Virus record (IMG/VR): IMGVR_UViG_3300014205_000170
Span: 160,001 to 224,000 of that record
From: a virus
Lineage: Duplodnaviria; Caudoviricetes
Direction: 5' to 3' (one strand)
DNA: 64,000 nucleotides
Part shown: positions 39,357-50,916 of the stretch, piece by piece
Layout: every line of letters starts with the position of its first letter
How positions within the stretch are numbered: the first letter of the stretch is position 1
The notes under the pieces: model-generated
Told to the model about the DNA's origin: nothing
The model's database searches: none
Seen by the model: only the letters and a program-made list of their open reading frames with translations
Translations under genes and position numbers: made by a program

Positions 39357-39385
39357 TTAAACGAAAAAGTCATAAAAATGTTACA
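39357..39385 (-). promoter_or_regulatory. ECF-type promoter TGTAAC-N16-CGTTTAA
   Basis: Exact 16-nt spacer. Confidence 0.7.
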
Positions 39386-39593
39386 AAATATTATTTTGTG
39401 GTCTACTTAATCCAAACATAAAAGCACTTTCTGCATTTTTAAATTCAATGACATACTTGACACAATCAACACCACTTGTTTTGTTTATTGACAAAACCAA
39501 TTGATTGTTTTTTAATTTTTCTAGAGTTTTATCCACATCTAAAACAAAATCAGTTCCATAACTTACTTCTATTTTGTTGTTGAACTTATCCAT
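39381..39593 (-). CDS. Hypothetical protein
   Basis: 70 aa ORF. Confidence 0.55.
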   Translation of the reverse strand: MDKFNNKIEVSYGTDFVLDVDKTLEKLKNNQLVLSINKTSGVDCVKYVIEFKNAESAFMFGLSRPQNNIL

Positions 39594-39597
39594 TTAA

Positions 39598-40506
39598 TTA
39601 CTTTGTTCTTCTGATAATTACAGTTATCATATCCATAGTATCTTTATAAGATTCTTTGTGTATAATTGAATATTTTCCTCGGCCTACGGTTTGAATAAGT
39701 TTATTTAACTCACTTAATGTATTATAACCTTTGATTGATACTCTTGTAGAAAGAGTAACCATTATAATTCCACCTTTTTTCAAGATGTCTTTTTGAATTG
39801 CTAATTTTATATCATCTTTATAACTGTTAAGTGTTCCGCAATAGTCTAATAAAAGATGAGCAAATTTATCCTTCTCAGAAAGGTCAATGATTTTACCAAT
39901 TTCTCCGGCAAAAACATACTTTATGAATTTTAAATTATGTTTAGTTCTTTCTTCAAATAAATTTTTTAAAGTTTCCTTATCGTTTTCACATGTCAAAAAA
40001 GTAAAGTTCGGGAATTCTTTATTAATTTTCTTTTCCATCAAACATTGCCATGAACTCAATGTTAATATCAATCCATCTACAATTTTAAATTTCTTATAGG
40101 ATTCAAGGATTTTATAAAGAACATTTTCTCTTACACTTTGCTTTCTGATACCTTTATTAAAATCAAGTTGTTTAGTTACTTTTTCAGGAATTTCAACTCT
40201 TTGAGTATTTGTTTGCTGTAAAGTTGAATTATTTTTTATAACCATTTCAAGTTCATCAACAACCATCGTAATAATTGATTTTAATGTAGGTATTCCCTTC
40301 GATGTGGTTTTTCTTTTTCTTGCAACTGCTGTTAATACGTTTTGATATGAATAACCGTTTGCTAACAGTTCACCAATTTCTTTTTTTGTTGGCGACAATT
40401 GTGAAATATATAATTTCACTTCGCTTGCAATAGCAGCATTAACGTTTTTAAAAAGATTTTTAACTCTAGAATCTGGGTCTACCTTCGAAACTTGTTTAGT
40501 TATCAT
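39598..40506 (-). CDS. Protein with a probable C-terminal class I SAM-dependent methyltransferase-like fold
   Basis: FLTCEND...FAHLLLDYCG...LKKGGIIMVT strand pattern. Confidence 0.5.
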   Translation of the reverse strand: MITKQVSKVDPDSRVKNLFKNVNAAIASEVKLYISQLSPTKKEIGELLANGYSYQNVLTAVARKRKTTSKGIPTLKSIITMVVDELEMVIKNNSTLQQTNTQRVEIPEKVTKQLDFNKGIRKQSVRENVLYKILESYKKFKIVDGLILTLSSWQCLMEKKINKEFPNFTFLTCENDKETLKNLFEERTKHNLKFIKYVFAGEIGKIIDLSEKDKFAHLLLDYCGTLNSYKDDIKLAIQKDILKKGGIIMVTLSTRVSIKGYNTLSELNKLIQTVGRGKYSIIHKESYKDTMDMITVIIRRTK

Positions 40507-40546
40507 TTTGAGAATTTTTACAAATATAATACAATTATTTGACTTT

Positions 40547-40900
40547 TTAATTATTTTTATGTCTTTTTGAGCGTTCCCGCAAATCTTCTATGGTCCAAAA
40601 TCTTTCTGTATCATAATCAGCATTGTTTTTGTTGCATTTTTGACACAAAATAATTATTCTAATTTCATTATTGAAACATGGGGTTTTTCTTAAAGGATTC
40701 ATTTTACTATATTTATGTTCTAATGTACATAAATTATCTGGGTTGTATTTTAAAGTTTTTTTACCATTATTAGGGTGTACGTTGAATCCAATTTCTTCCG
40801 GCAATATCATTTTCGTTTTACATTTGGGACAAAATGGATTTTGATTATAAAGCCTTGTGCGTTTCTCTTTTAATCTTTGTTGTTTAGATTTTTTAGACAT
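40547..40900 (-). CDS. HNH endonuclease-like protein
   Basis: CPKC...TLEH...LCQKCN. Confidence 0.75.
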   Translation of the reverse strand: MSKKSKQQRLKEKRTRLYNQNPFCPKCKTKMILPEEIGFNVHPNNGKKTLKYNPDNLCTLEHKYSKMNPLRKTPCFNNEIRIIILCQKCNKNNADYDTERFWTIEDLRERSKRHKNN

Positions 40901-41115
40901 TTCTCTATTAATATTTTTTTTGTATAAATTTTATGTTTCCAATTATATAAAACCTTTTTACCATCTACTAGCCGCCATTTTCCGGCCTCCTCATCATATT
41001 TATTCCACACAACAAAAAATTCTCCATTATACAAATTAAACACAACCTCTCTTACAATTTGTAATTCTTCAAGGTGATTGTGAAAAAAAATTATTTCTCT
41101 TGGAGTAGGGTTCAA
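40870..41115 (-). CDS. Hypothetical protein, paralog of 41112..41390
   Basis: YDE...KW.L...W; KKILIEK. Confidence 0.6.
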   Translation of the reverse strand: MNPTPREIIFFHNHLEELQIVREVVFNLYNGEFFVVWNKYDEEAGKWRLVDGKKVLYNWKHKIYTKKILIEKCLKNLNNKD

Positions 41116-41390
41116 AATTTATATTTTATTGTTTTTTCTAAAATTACACTTTTTACATACACAAACACATCTGCCCACTCCTTCATAAACCGGTCACGAT
41201 TTATCAAATTCCATTTAGAATAAGTTTCATCATATAAATACCACAACTCTTTTTTTTCATTCAAATGATTAACAATAATTGTTCTTCTTATGTTTAAAAC
41301 AGTATAGTCAACATTTGTAATTAAAAAAAACTTATCCTCGTTTAATCTAGGAGCTCTTTTTGGATTTCTTCCCATAATTCTACTGTCCAC
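41112..41390 (-). CDS. Hypothetical protein, paralog of 40870..41115
   Basis: YDE...KW.L...W; KSVILEK. Confidence 0.6.
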   Translation of the reverse strand: MDSRIMGRNPKRAPRLNEDKFFLITNVDYTVLNIRRTIIVNHLNEKKELWYLYDETYSKWNLINRDRFMKEWADVFVYVKSVILEKTIKYKF

Positions 41391-42259
41391 AAATATTCAT
41401 CAGCACTAACTTTTTTATCAAACATTATATAGTAATGTGTTAAAGGCAAACTGTTTGCCAATAATAATTTCTCAACTCTAGGATTTTGTGCAAGTTTTAA
41501 TTTATATATTTCTTTCAACTGTTCCTTTGAAGGATTATGCTCAACAGTATCGTGCTTATAAAGAAAGCGAAAATAATCCTTTGCTTCTTTTCCTGGCTTA
41601 CGTTTAATATCTCTTAGTTTGTCTTCATCAAATAAAGGAAGAAGACAAGAAGCATTAATGTTTTCCATTTTCTTAAAATACCACCACGATTCTACAGATA
41701 CAAACTGGGCTTTTTTAGTATTTATTGGAGTTCGAGCAAAATTAGAAAGCAAACGTCCTAATTCAGTTTTCCCCTTAGAATAAACATTAATATGATTAAC
41801 TCCATCTGTATTATAATTATATTCCTCTGTTATACTCATAGTAATTGGTTGTTGCTGTTCTAGTCTAAACACTTTTCCTAAAAGATTATGATAATCACTT
41901 CTTAGTGTTTTTATAATTCCTCTTTGTTTTTTTATTAAAACATTCAACTGTTGAACACGTACATCTTTTTTTAGTTCTCTATTATCTTCTTTTGAATTTT
42001 TAGAAGTAATAGTTTTAATTTGTTCATCTTGATTTAAAATTTGTTGTTTTAATGCTTCTATTTGTTTTGTTAATTCAATAACCTGTTCTGCTTCTTTGCT
42101 AACCTGACTTGTTATGTGCCAAACACTACAATGAGGACAAAAATAAGGTTTAGCGTCTTTTTTATTGTCTTTATTTTTAGAAGTTTGTTTTCTTTTATTA
42201 ATATGAAATAAAACATCTTGTTCAGTCGCGAATTTTACTTTACCACATTTCTTTTTCAT
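41342..42259 (-). CDS. Fusion of a zinc finger/coiled coil with a phage NADAR-like domain
   Basis: CGK...YFCPHCSVWH followed by GVNHINVYSKGKTELGRLLSNF...FVSVESWW...KL..NP...LL. Confidence 0.65.
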   Translation of the reverse strand: MKKKCGKVKFATEQDVLFHINKRKQTSKNKDNKKDAKPYFCPHCSVWHITSQVSKEAEQVIELTKQIEALKQQILNQDEQIKTITSKNSKEDNRELKKDVRVQQLNVLIKKQRGIIKTLRSDYHNLLGKVFRLEQQQPITMSITEEYNYNTDGVNHINVYSKGKTELGRLLSNFARTPINTKKAQFVSVESWWYFKKMENINASCLLPLFDEDKLRDIKRKPGKEAKDYFRFLYKHDTVEHNPSKEQLKEIYKLKLAQNPRVEKLLLANSLPLTHYYIMFDKKVSADEYLWTVELWEEIQKELLD

Positions 42260-42813
42260 TAACCTTGCTCAAGCTTATTAATAACGGTAGTTACCACTGT
42301 ATCTAAACTAACATTTCCAATACCGTTTAGAAGAGTATATTCAATTTTATGTTCATCAAGAAATACCTTTACTCTTTCATCTACAAGTTTTGCCCCATTA
42401 GAATCTTGATAACGTCCTTCTTGTTCATAAGGAACATCAGCATCCCTTTGAATATAAAAATTCAAATTATTATATTTATTGAATTCTTTTAAACTTAGAC
42501 CTTTTAAAAAAGGACATTTTTCTTCATCATAAATCGTAGAAAACAATATAGGCGAATCTGTTACAACAACAGACACAGATTCATTTAATGAAAACAATTG
42601 AAATTGTTGTTTTCTAAAAATATAAATTTGATTTTGAGTAACTTTTTTAGCCTCTTCTCTAAATTTTTTTTTGTAATATTCCGGAGATATTTCACAAGAA
42701 ATATATTTTCTTTTTAAAATAGAAAATATTTCATTTGTTAGAATGCTTTTACCAGTACCTGGTCCACCAAATAAATTGACAACGATTGTTTTTTTCATGT
42801 TATAATTTTCCAT
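42259..42813 (-). CDS. AAA_28 / NadR-kinase-like P-loop protein
   Basis: NLFGGPGTGKS, EY, VTDSP, YEQEGRYQ. Confidence 0.8.
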   Translation of the reverse strand: MENYNMKKTIVVNLFGGPGTGKSILTNEIFSILKRKYISCEISPEYYKKKFREEAKKVTQNQIYIFRKQQFQLFSLNESVSVVVTDSPILFSTIYDEEKCPFLKGLSLKEFNKYNNLNFYIQRDADVPYEQEGRYQDSNGAKLVDERVKVFLDEHKIEYTLLNGIGNVSLDTVVTTVINKLEQG

Positions 42814-43120
42814 CTACTTTTAATTCCCATTTTTCATTTTTTCTCGCAATGGCTTTAAGTACATCCTCTGCTGTAAAACCAAAACCATCCAAAATACAAA
42901 TAACATTTTGAATGGAGTCAGCTCCCTCATCTAAAATTTCTTGATTAATACTTTCTGGAGTATCTTCAGGCTTCAAAACTTTCCTTCCATTTGTTTTATT
43001 AATAGCTTTAGCTAACTCTCCGCCCTCTTCAAAAAATTTCCCCAATCTCTCCGCAGCAGTTGCTTGGTCTTTTTGATTTATACGACTAATGTCGTTATAT
43101 ATTATTTCGAAATTTTTCAT
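42800..43120 (-). CDS. MazG-like NTP pyrophosphohydrolase
   Basis: FEEGGELAKA...DEGADSI...KNEKW. Confidence 0.8.
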   Translation of the reverse strand: MKNFEIIYNDISRINQKDQATAAERLGKFFEEGGELAKAINKTNGRKVLKPEDTPESINQEILDEGADSIQNVICILDGFGFTAEDVLKAIARKNEKWELKVDGKL

Positions 43121-43554
43121 TGTATATAAATTAATTTTGTATGTATATAATTCTGATTATTAAATAAAATGCAATATTTTGGAGGTAATAGTATATCAGA
43201 GTATACAGTAATTCCTTCTATATATCCCTCTTTTCTAGCTCCATTATGATGTTCAAAATCCTTATCAAATGAAAAAATTTTATGTGTGTAAAATTGTCTT
43301 AACAAAACCTCAACTTCCATAGAAATATATAAAGAATTAAATAAAAATTCTTTTTCCAGCAAAACATTACGGGTATTTAAATGATATTCAAAACAATCAT
43401 CATATTTTAAATTTGATAAATTTTTCAATATTCTTATTAGTAAAGTTTTATCATGTTCTGTTTGAGAAGAAGAACTTTTCCATTCCCAAATTCCCTGTGG
43501 GGTGAATTCGGTATATTTAATTTTATCTTGAATATATTTTAATGTGTGTAACAT
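43117..43554 (-). CDS. Hypothetical protein with the RxVhhEK motif
   Basis: RNVLLEK. Confidence 0.6.
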   Translation of the reverse strand: MLHTLKYIQDKIKYTEFTPQGIWEWKSSSSQTEHDKTLLIRILKNLSNLKYDDCFEYHLNTRNVLLEKEFLFNSLYISMEVEVLLRQFYTHKIFSFDKDFEHHNGARKEGYIEGITVYSDILLPPKYCILFNNQNYIHTKLIYIQ

Positions 43555-43556
43555 AT

Positions 43557-44291
43557 TTAAGACGCACTAACCATTCTCGCTTTTTTAACCTCACTCATAA
43601 ATTCCTGCACTAATGAACGTTCAATTTTTTTCGTGGTTATACCATGTGGTTTAAAACAACTTCCAACAATACCTCCATCTGCAACTGATAATTGTTCAAC
43701 AACATTTGAAATGTTTAGACCGGCTCCAACAATAAGAGGATGTTCTCCAAGAATATTCCTGAATTCTGTTATTTTTTCAAAAGGAGTTTGTTTACCGGTT
43801 CCTTCACCTGTAACAACAATTGCTTCTGCTAGTTTCATCCCATTTTCAATATCATTTTTCAATACAGAATTAGGAACTGGTCTATAATACTTTGGCCAAA
43901 CGCCACCTAACACAGTTACATCAGGACAAGTAGCTTTGTTTGATAAATATTTTTCCACATCAATTGGATTTCCATTTTTATATGCACCGGCAACATAATC
44001 TATTTGAACGAACTGCGCATTATAAACTTTAGCCATTTCAAATACTTTTTCATAATCATTGGGCAATATATTTAAACCAACCATGATTTTTTCTCTTGCT
44101 TTTTCCTGATTTAAAATGTTCAAAACTGTTGACATATCAGCAACTTCTCCATGGTAATTTTCAATTATACATCCATCTACACCTTCTTGAATAAGAATTT
44201 CGACTTCTTGCATAGCTCTTTCCATAATGTTTGGTCCCACATTACCAGATAAGTGAATCATGCCAAATATAGGTTTTTGTTTAAAATTCAT
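43557..44291 (-). CDS. BtpA/SgcQ family TIM-barrel protein
   Basis: IFGMIHL, GVDGCIIEN, GLNILPND, AIVVTG.GTG, DGGIVGS.FK. Confidence 0.88.
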   Translation of the reverse strand: MNFKQKPIFGMIHLSGNVGPNIMERAMQEVEILIQEGVDGCIIENYHGEVADMSTVLNILNQEKAREKIMVGLNILPNDYEKVFEMAKVYNAQFVQIDYVAGAYKNGNPIDVEKYLSNKATCPDVTVLGGVWPKYYRPVPNSVLKNDIENGMKLAEAIVVTGEGTGKQTPFEKITEFRNILGEHPLIVGAGLNISNVVEQLSVADGGIVGSCFKPHGITTKKIERSLVQEFMSEVKKARMVSAS

Positions 44292-45042
44292 AATATTTCT
44301 TTATTAGTTTATAAAATTGTTCTTCAAAAACAACATTCAAAGGTATTCTAAATGCAGCAAAAAACAAAGCCAATTCCTCACTAGAATAATAATTTAAATT
44401 ATTATCGTGACAATTATAAGGACACAGCAATTCTAAATGTTTATTATTATCAGCGAATTCATATGCGCTTTTAATTTCTTCTTTAATTTGTTCTGGAGTT
44501 CTACTAGGATGGGTATCTTTGGTTAAATCTTTAGTGACAATACCAAAACATTGACCATTTAAACCTCTAGGTTTTCCATTTTTCGCTCCAAACTTCTCTT
44601 TACACAGCAACGCAAATCCTTTACCATATCTTCCTTGTGTATTGGTTCCAACTATCGCTATTTGATTTTCTTTTAAAGATAATATTTTACCTTTGTATGT
44701 TCGGTGAATATCCAATTTAGATTCAATGATTTTTTTAATGATAGTGCCATGGCAAGGCTGTGGCATACAATAACACACTAAATTCATATTTGTCCCGGAA
44801 CGAACTTTTTTCCAAATTGAATTTAATTCTTTGCAAACAATAGTATCTTTATTTTTAATTTTTTCATTAAGATACTCGCTAAACATTTTTAAAGACTGTT
44901 CTCTTGAATCACAATGATATTCTGCTTTGGTTTGAACTGTTGCCGGAATACTAGTATAAGGATTTCCTAAAGGAGAGCCTCTACCAATAAACACATCATT
45001 TTCAGTAGGAGTATGTGTTTTTTTATTTACTACGGTTATCAT
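44281..45042 (-). CDS. DUF4326-like domain fused to a macro-domain-like C-terminal module
   Basis: VFIGRGSPLGNPY...LVCYCMPQPCHG, followed by NQIAIVGTNTQGRYGKGFA. Confidence 0.7.
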   Translation of the reverse strand: MITVVNKKTHTPTENDVFIGRGSPLGNPYTSIPATVQTKAEYHCDSREQSLKMFSEYLNEKIKNKDTIVCKELNSIWKKVRSGTNMNLVCYCMPQPCHGTIIKKIIESKLDIHRTYKGKILSLKENQIAIVGTNTQGRYGKGFALLCKEKFGAKNGKPRGLNGQCFGIVTKDLTKDTHPSRTPEQIKEEIKSAYEFADNNKHLELLCPYNCHDNNLNYYSSEELALFFAAFRIPLNVVFEEQFYKLIKKYYEF

Positions 45043-45430
45043 TGAATTGTTTTAAAGATTGCAATAATAATTCTTGTGTAATCATTTCTACAAAATAAGA
45101 ATAACATTCTGTTGAATTTCTGCGACCATTATAAAAATGGTAATAACCAGTACAATATAAAAAAGTATGTTGATATAATTCATCCAGTTCAGTTACATTG
45201 CATTCATCAAACATAGCCTTTTGATTAAATTGTTTTAAGAGTTTCATCATTATAAATTTGACCATCTCTGAAAGACAACTAATTGCATCTTGGTTAATTT
45301 TTTTTTCTTGTATAGACTGCATAATTGAAATATAAAGAAGTTCTTTAAAATGAACATGAAAAACAGAACGAGAAGTTATTTTTTCAAGCAGAACACTTTT
45401 GTGGTGTAAATATTTTCCTTTCTCTTCCAA
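45023..45430 (-). CDS. Hypothetical protein with a KxVhhEK motif
   Basis: KSVLLEK. Confidence 0.55.
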   Translation of the reverse strand: MEEKGKYLHHKSVLLEKITSRSVFHVHFKELLYISIMQSIQEKKINQDAISCLSEMVKFIMMKLLKQFNQKAMFDECNVTELDELYQHTFLYCTGYYHFYNGRRNSTECYSYFVEMITQELLLQSLKQFNDNRSK

Positions 45431-45438
45431 AATTCTTT

Positions 45439-45816
45439 TTAAACAAATTCATGGTAATTTTTATATCGGGTTTGTGCATGATACACAACAACACTTTTTA
45501 TTTCGTTTATTCTTCTATTTATTCCAGTTTTATGAATATCACTTTCAAATGCAATTTTTGTTAGCTCAGAAATAGTTTTAAATTCAGTATAACCATAATG
45601 AACTTGAGTGCAATTATATAAAATACAATCTTTATAAGGAGAATTATGTCTATATTTAATTTCTACAACAAATCCAAACACACCATCATCAACAAAATTT
45701 TGTTCCTTCGATATGTTTATCCTTTTGTTTAAAACAATAAGTTTCATCCAATTAAAAAGATAACCTTTTTTTTCTATAATAACATCTCTTTCTTGTATTT
45801 TTGAAGGGGAAAACAC
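45439..45816 (-). CDS. Hypothetical protein with the RxVhhEK motif
   Basis: RDVIIEK; downstream of an ECF-type promoter. Confidence 0.6.
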   Translation of the reverse strand: MFSPSKIQERDVIIEKKGYLFNWMKLIVLNKRINISKEQNFVDDGVFGFVVEIKYRHNSPYKDCILYNCTQVHYGYTEFKTISELTKIAFESDIHKTGINRRINEIKSVVVYHAQTRYKNYHEFV

Positions 45817-45826
45817 TATGTATAAT

Positions 45827-45855
45827 TTAAACGTAAATTTAACAAAAATGTTGCT
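45827..45855 (-). promoter_or_regulatory. ECF-type promoter AGCAAC-N16-CGTTTAA
   Basis: Exact 16-nt spacer, directly after a terminator. Confidence 0.7.
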
Positions 45856-45857
45856 AA

Positions 45858-45887
45858 TAAAAAAATCCAGATTAATATCTGGATTTT
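45858..45887 (-). terminator. Intrinsic terminator ending the TrpRS-RtcB operon
   Basis: AAAATCCAGAT-loop-ATCTGGATTTT with a T tract. Confidence 0.7.
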
Positions 45888-45895
45888 AAAGGATT

Positions 45896-46129
45896 TTAAT
45901 CCCATTCTTCGCGACTGGCATGATATTCAGCTTCGCAATAAATGATGACTTTTTCTCTATAAGTTAAATTACACCATTCTCTTTGATACAACTTAGAAAC
46001 ATACTTCCTCCAATCATGAACTTTTCCAATGTTCTCAAATTCAGTCTTATTCAACAGAGCTCTTTTCATAGGTTTTATCCCAGCATCCTGAAATATCGCT
46101 TGAACAAATTGTATATTTTCTTGTTTCAT
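45896..46129 (-). CDS. Hypothetical protein
   Basis: 77 aa ORF. Confidence 0.6.
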   Translation of the reverse strand: MKQENIQFVQAIFQDAGIKPMKRALLNKTEFENIGKVHDWRKYVSKLYQREWCNLTYREKVIIYCEAEYHASREEWD

Positions 46130-46137
46130 GATTTAAT

Positions 46138-48272
<2,135 letters not shown>

Positions 48273-48283
<11 letters not shown>

Positions 48284-48479
48284 TTTCTTTTTTTAAGTGC
48301 TCTAATCCCGCAAATGCTTCTCTTTTTCTTTCTAACCATTCATTAAATTCTGAGGTATCAAGAAACAATGGTTTATTCACTCCGGTAACACAAATGAATT
48401 TTTTACCAAAATTCTTTTTTGATGACCCGCGTCCTTTTGATTTTATAAATTGCTGTAACCATTTATTAAAAGCGTCCAT
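48273..48479 (-). CDS. Hypothetical protein
   Basis: 68 aa ORF between the tRNA-like gene and trpS. Confidence 0.55.
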
Positions 48480-48493
48480 TTCATTTATTTTTG

Positions 48494-48577
48494 TGTAGAT
48501 GGGAGGATTCGAACCACCAACCCCAAACCGTTTTGAAGCGGATGAACTACCATTTCTCCATTATAGGGCACATCTAC
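48494..48577 (-). tRNA. Non-canonical tRNA-like gene; putative anticodon loop CUUCAAAA (contains UCA)
   Basis: Acceptor stem GTAGATG/CATCTAC, T-arm GGTGG-TTCGAAT-CCTCC, D-loop-like AAATGGTAG, hairpin CCG-CTTCAAAA-CGG. About 11 nt longer than canonical, with no encoded CCA. Confidence 0.6.
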
Positions 48578-48578
48578 A

Positions 48579-49355
48579 TTATGTTTCACTTCTTGTATAA
48601 CCACCTTTTTCAAAATCATCAATCCAAATCAATTTATAAAAACTTCTATCTTGTCCATAAGGCTGAATACGTATATGGCCTCTCACTTTAAAACCATCTG
48701 TTACAATGATTTTATTCCACAGTGTATTAACTAAAGTTACATCAAACAATGTATCATTTAAAAAATTATTTTCCTTCCCTTTAAATCCAATATCTTTATT
48801 AATTTTTTGAGATGGTTTAATAATAAACAATTCCGGCTCTGTTAATTTTACAAACAGAAGTAATTTTACAAATCTTTGTTTAGCTTCTTCATTTTGATTA
48901 GCATACTGTGTTATTTCCTTTTCTTTCAATAAAACAGCAAAACTTTCATAATTAACCATTGGACCTTTATCACTTTGTGATATAAACCAACGAACAACAT
49001 TAATACGTTCTCCTTTTATAACTTGAAATCTGTAAAATTCAGTTTTACTAATTACATAAGAAGAAATCTCATTTTCCAATTCCTTAAACCAATCTAAGTT
49101 TATTTTATTGATTTTAATTAAATCAGAATGTTTTTGTACGTTTTGACTTAAATAAAACAAATTTCCTTTTTTGGTAGGCGCACAAAGCGAGTGAGCTAAA
49201 GATACACCTTGAACAACATAAAAATTTTGAGCGTCAACACTAGGAATCGCTTGCTTATTTTTTTCCAAAATAGCTTTTTGTTGAGACAAATAGAATTGTT
49301 TCAACATTGGACCATGTTCAAATTGTATAGCCAAATATTCTTTGGATAGTTTCAT
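48579..49355 (-). CDS. Hypothetical phage protein
   Basis: 258 aa; C-terminal VRGHIRIQPYG...LIWID motif. Confidence 0.75.
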   Translation of the reverse strand: MKLSKEYLAIQFEHGPMLKQFYLSQQKAILEKNKQAIPSVDAQNFYVVQGVSLAHSLCAPTKKGNLFYLSQNVQKHSDLIKINKINLDWFKELENEISSYVISKTEFYRFQVIKGERINVVRWFISQSDKGPMVNYESFAVLLKEKEITQYANQNEEAKQRFVKLLLFVKLTEPELFIIKPSQKINKDIGFKGKENNFLNDTLFDVTLVNTLWNKIIVTDGFKVRGHIRIQPYGQDRSFYKLIWIDDFEKGGYTRSET

Positions 49356-49372
49356 ATAACCAATTGTTAAAA

Positions 49373-49401
49373 TTAAACGTAAAACCAGTAAAAATGTTGC
49401 A
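49373..49401 (-). promoter_or_regulatory. ECF-type promoter TGCAAC-N16-CGTTTAA
   Basis: Exact 16-nt spacer; heads the tRNA-like/trpS/rtcB unit. Confidence 0.7.
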
Positions 49402-49406
49402 AATTC

Positions 49407-49736
49407 TTAAATCTCTATTAAATCTACCTCTCTAAATTCCATATTATGAATTACAGCACCTATAATCACATGATTTCCATCACCTGTCTCAAATTTAAAT
49501 TCATCCCTTTCGCTTGTAAATCTATAAACATATTTATATTTTTCAAACAAAACCATTCTACTGGTTTGAATACCTTTATAATGCAAAGAGGTAATAGCTC
49601 TGCCATTAGAATTAAATAAAACCAATCGTTTAAATTGTAAACTAGCAAAGTTTAATTTGACCAAAAAAGCATATCCTTTAATGAATGGTGACCTTTTTAA
49701 ACTTATTGTATCACCAAGTTGAAACGTATTTTTCAC
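49407..49736 (-). CDS. Hypothetical protein with the RxVhhEK motif
   Basis: RMVLFEK. Confidence 0.6.
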   Translation of the reverse strand: MKNTFQLGDTISLKRSPFIKGYAFLVKLNFASLQFKRLVLFNSNGRAITSLHYKGIQTSRMVLFEKYKYVYRFTSERDEFKFETGDGNHVIIGAVIHNMEFREVDLIEI

Positions 49737-49761
49737 AAGCTAAAGATAGTGAAAATTCTGA

Positions 49762-49935
49762 TTATGTTAACTTTTTAAAAGCCCTCCACAATGATTGTAG
49801 CTCTAATTCCTTATTACAGCGATATAATCTAACTGCAATTTCAGAACGAAGCTCTTCCGTGGAATAAAGTTTGTCCGGCTCTAATTTAATGAGGTCTTCT
49901 GTAGGAATGTCTTTTATTGGCTTTGTTTCTTTCAT
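49762..49935 (-). CDS. Small hypothetical protein
   Basis: Probable start at MKETKP, downstream of a promoter. Confidence 0.5.
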   Translation of the reverse strand: MKETKPIKDIPTEDLIKLEPDKLYSTEELRSEIAVRLYRCNKELELQSLWRAFKKLT

Positions 49936-49942
49936 TATCTTA

Positions 49943-49971
49943 ATAAACGACAAAAAGAACTTTTGGTTACA
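49943..49971 (-). promoter_or_regulatory. ECF-type promoter TGTAAC-N16-CGTTTAT
   Basis: Exact 16-nt spacer. Confidence 0.65.
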
Positions 49972-50006
49972 TTTTTATAATGCAATAAAAAATATATATT
50001 TATAAT

Positions 50007-50225
50007 ATGGAACCAGACATAGGAGATACATTACTTAATACAGAAAACAATATAAAAGGCTTTATTTCAAAACCTATTGGATATAATATGGTAATTGACA
50101 ATACTATAGTAATTAGACTAATGGAACCCAACAACAAAAACAATCATAGAATTGAAATTAATAAAGATTTTTTATTACTTAACACCCGTATTGTTTTGTT
50201 AGAAAAACAGTTTTCCAATGAATAA
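50007..50225 (+). CDS. Hypothetical protein with a C-terminal RxVhhEK motif
   Basis: RIVLLEK; ATATTTAT box upstream. Confidence 0.6.
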   Translation: MEPDIGDTLLNTENNIKGFISKPIGYNMVIDNTIVIRLMEPNNKNNHRIEINKDFLLLNTRIVLLEKQFSNE

Positions 50226-50916
50226 AAACAAAAATATATTTTATGTTTATGCTTATTTAGACCCACGTAAACCTGGAACATATGTTTATGGAGACTATTC
50301 ATTTGAATATGAGCCGTTTTATATTGGAAAGGGTGGTACTAAACGTCAAATTAAAAGACATTTATTTGAATCAAAAGAGCGTACTAAAAATACTCTCAAA
50401 TATAATAAAATTCAAAAAATAATCAGAGAAACCTCACAAAATCCAATAATATTAAAAATCAGAGATAACATAGTTGAACAAGAAGCTTTTGATATAGAGG
50501 CTTCATTAATTAAAAAAATTGGAAGAATAGATTTACAAACTGGACCATTAACAAACCATTGGGATGGTCATTTTGGAGGAACTGCAAATCCCTCACAGGA
50601 AACCCGTAAAAAATTAGGAGATGCCACAAGAGGAAAAACGTATGAAGAAATATATGGTAAAAAGAAAGCTAAAGAATTAAGACAAAGCAGGGTTGAAAGT
50701 AACAAACGAAGAATACTCTCAATAGAAACTAAGGATAAAATAAGAAAAAAACACGCAAAAAGATTTTGGAAACTAACAAAACCAAATGGTGAAAAAATAA
50801 TAATCAAAAATTTAAATCAATTTTGTTTCAAAAACAATTTAACAATGACTTTAATGTGTCATGTAGCACAAGGAAAACAAACTCATCACAAAGGCTGGGG
50901 ATGCGAATATTGTTAA
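50218..50916 (+). CDS. Free-standing GIY-YIG homing endonuclease with a NUMOD-like C-terminus
   Basis: FYVYAYLDP...FYIGKG...R...E..LI...GPLTN; SQETRKKLG; HHKGW. Convergent with pncB, with overlapping stop codons. Confidence 0.85.
   Translation: MNKNKNIFYVYAYLDPRKPGTYVYGDYSFEYEPFYIGKGGTKRQIKRHLFESKERTKNTLKYNKIQKIIRETSQNPIILKIRDNIVEQEAFDIEASLIKKIGRIDLQTGPLTNHWDGHFGGTANPSQETRKKLGDATRGKTYEEIYGKKKAKELRQSRVESNKRRILSIETKDKIRKKHAKRFWKLTKPNGEKIIIKNLNQFCFKNNLTMTLMCHVAQGKQTHHKGWGCEYC

Noticed and set aside
48494-48577. tRNA-Sec
   Set aside because: It has UCA and a possible eighth acceptor pair, but lacks the long variable arm and G73, and no sel genes are in the window.
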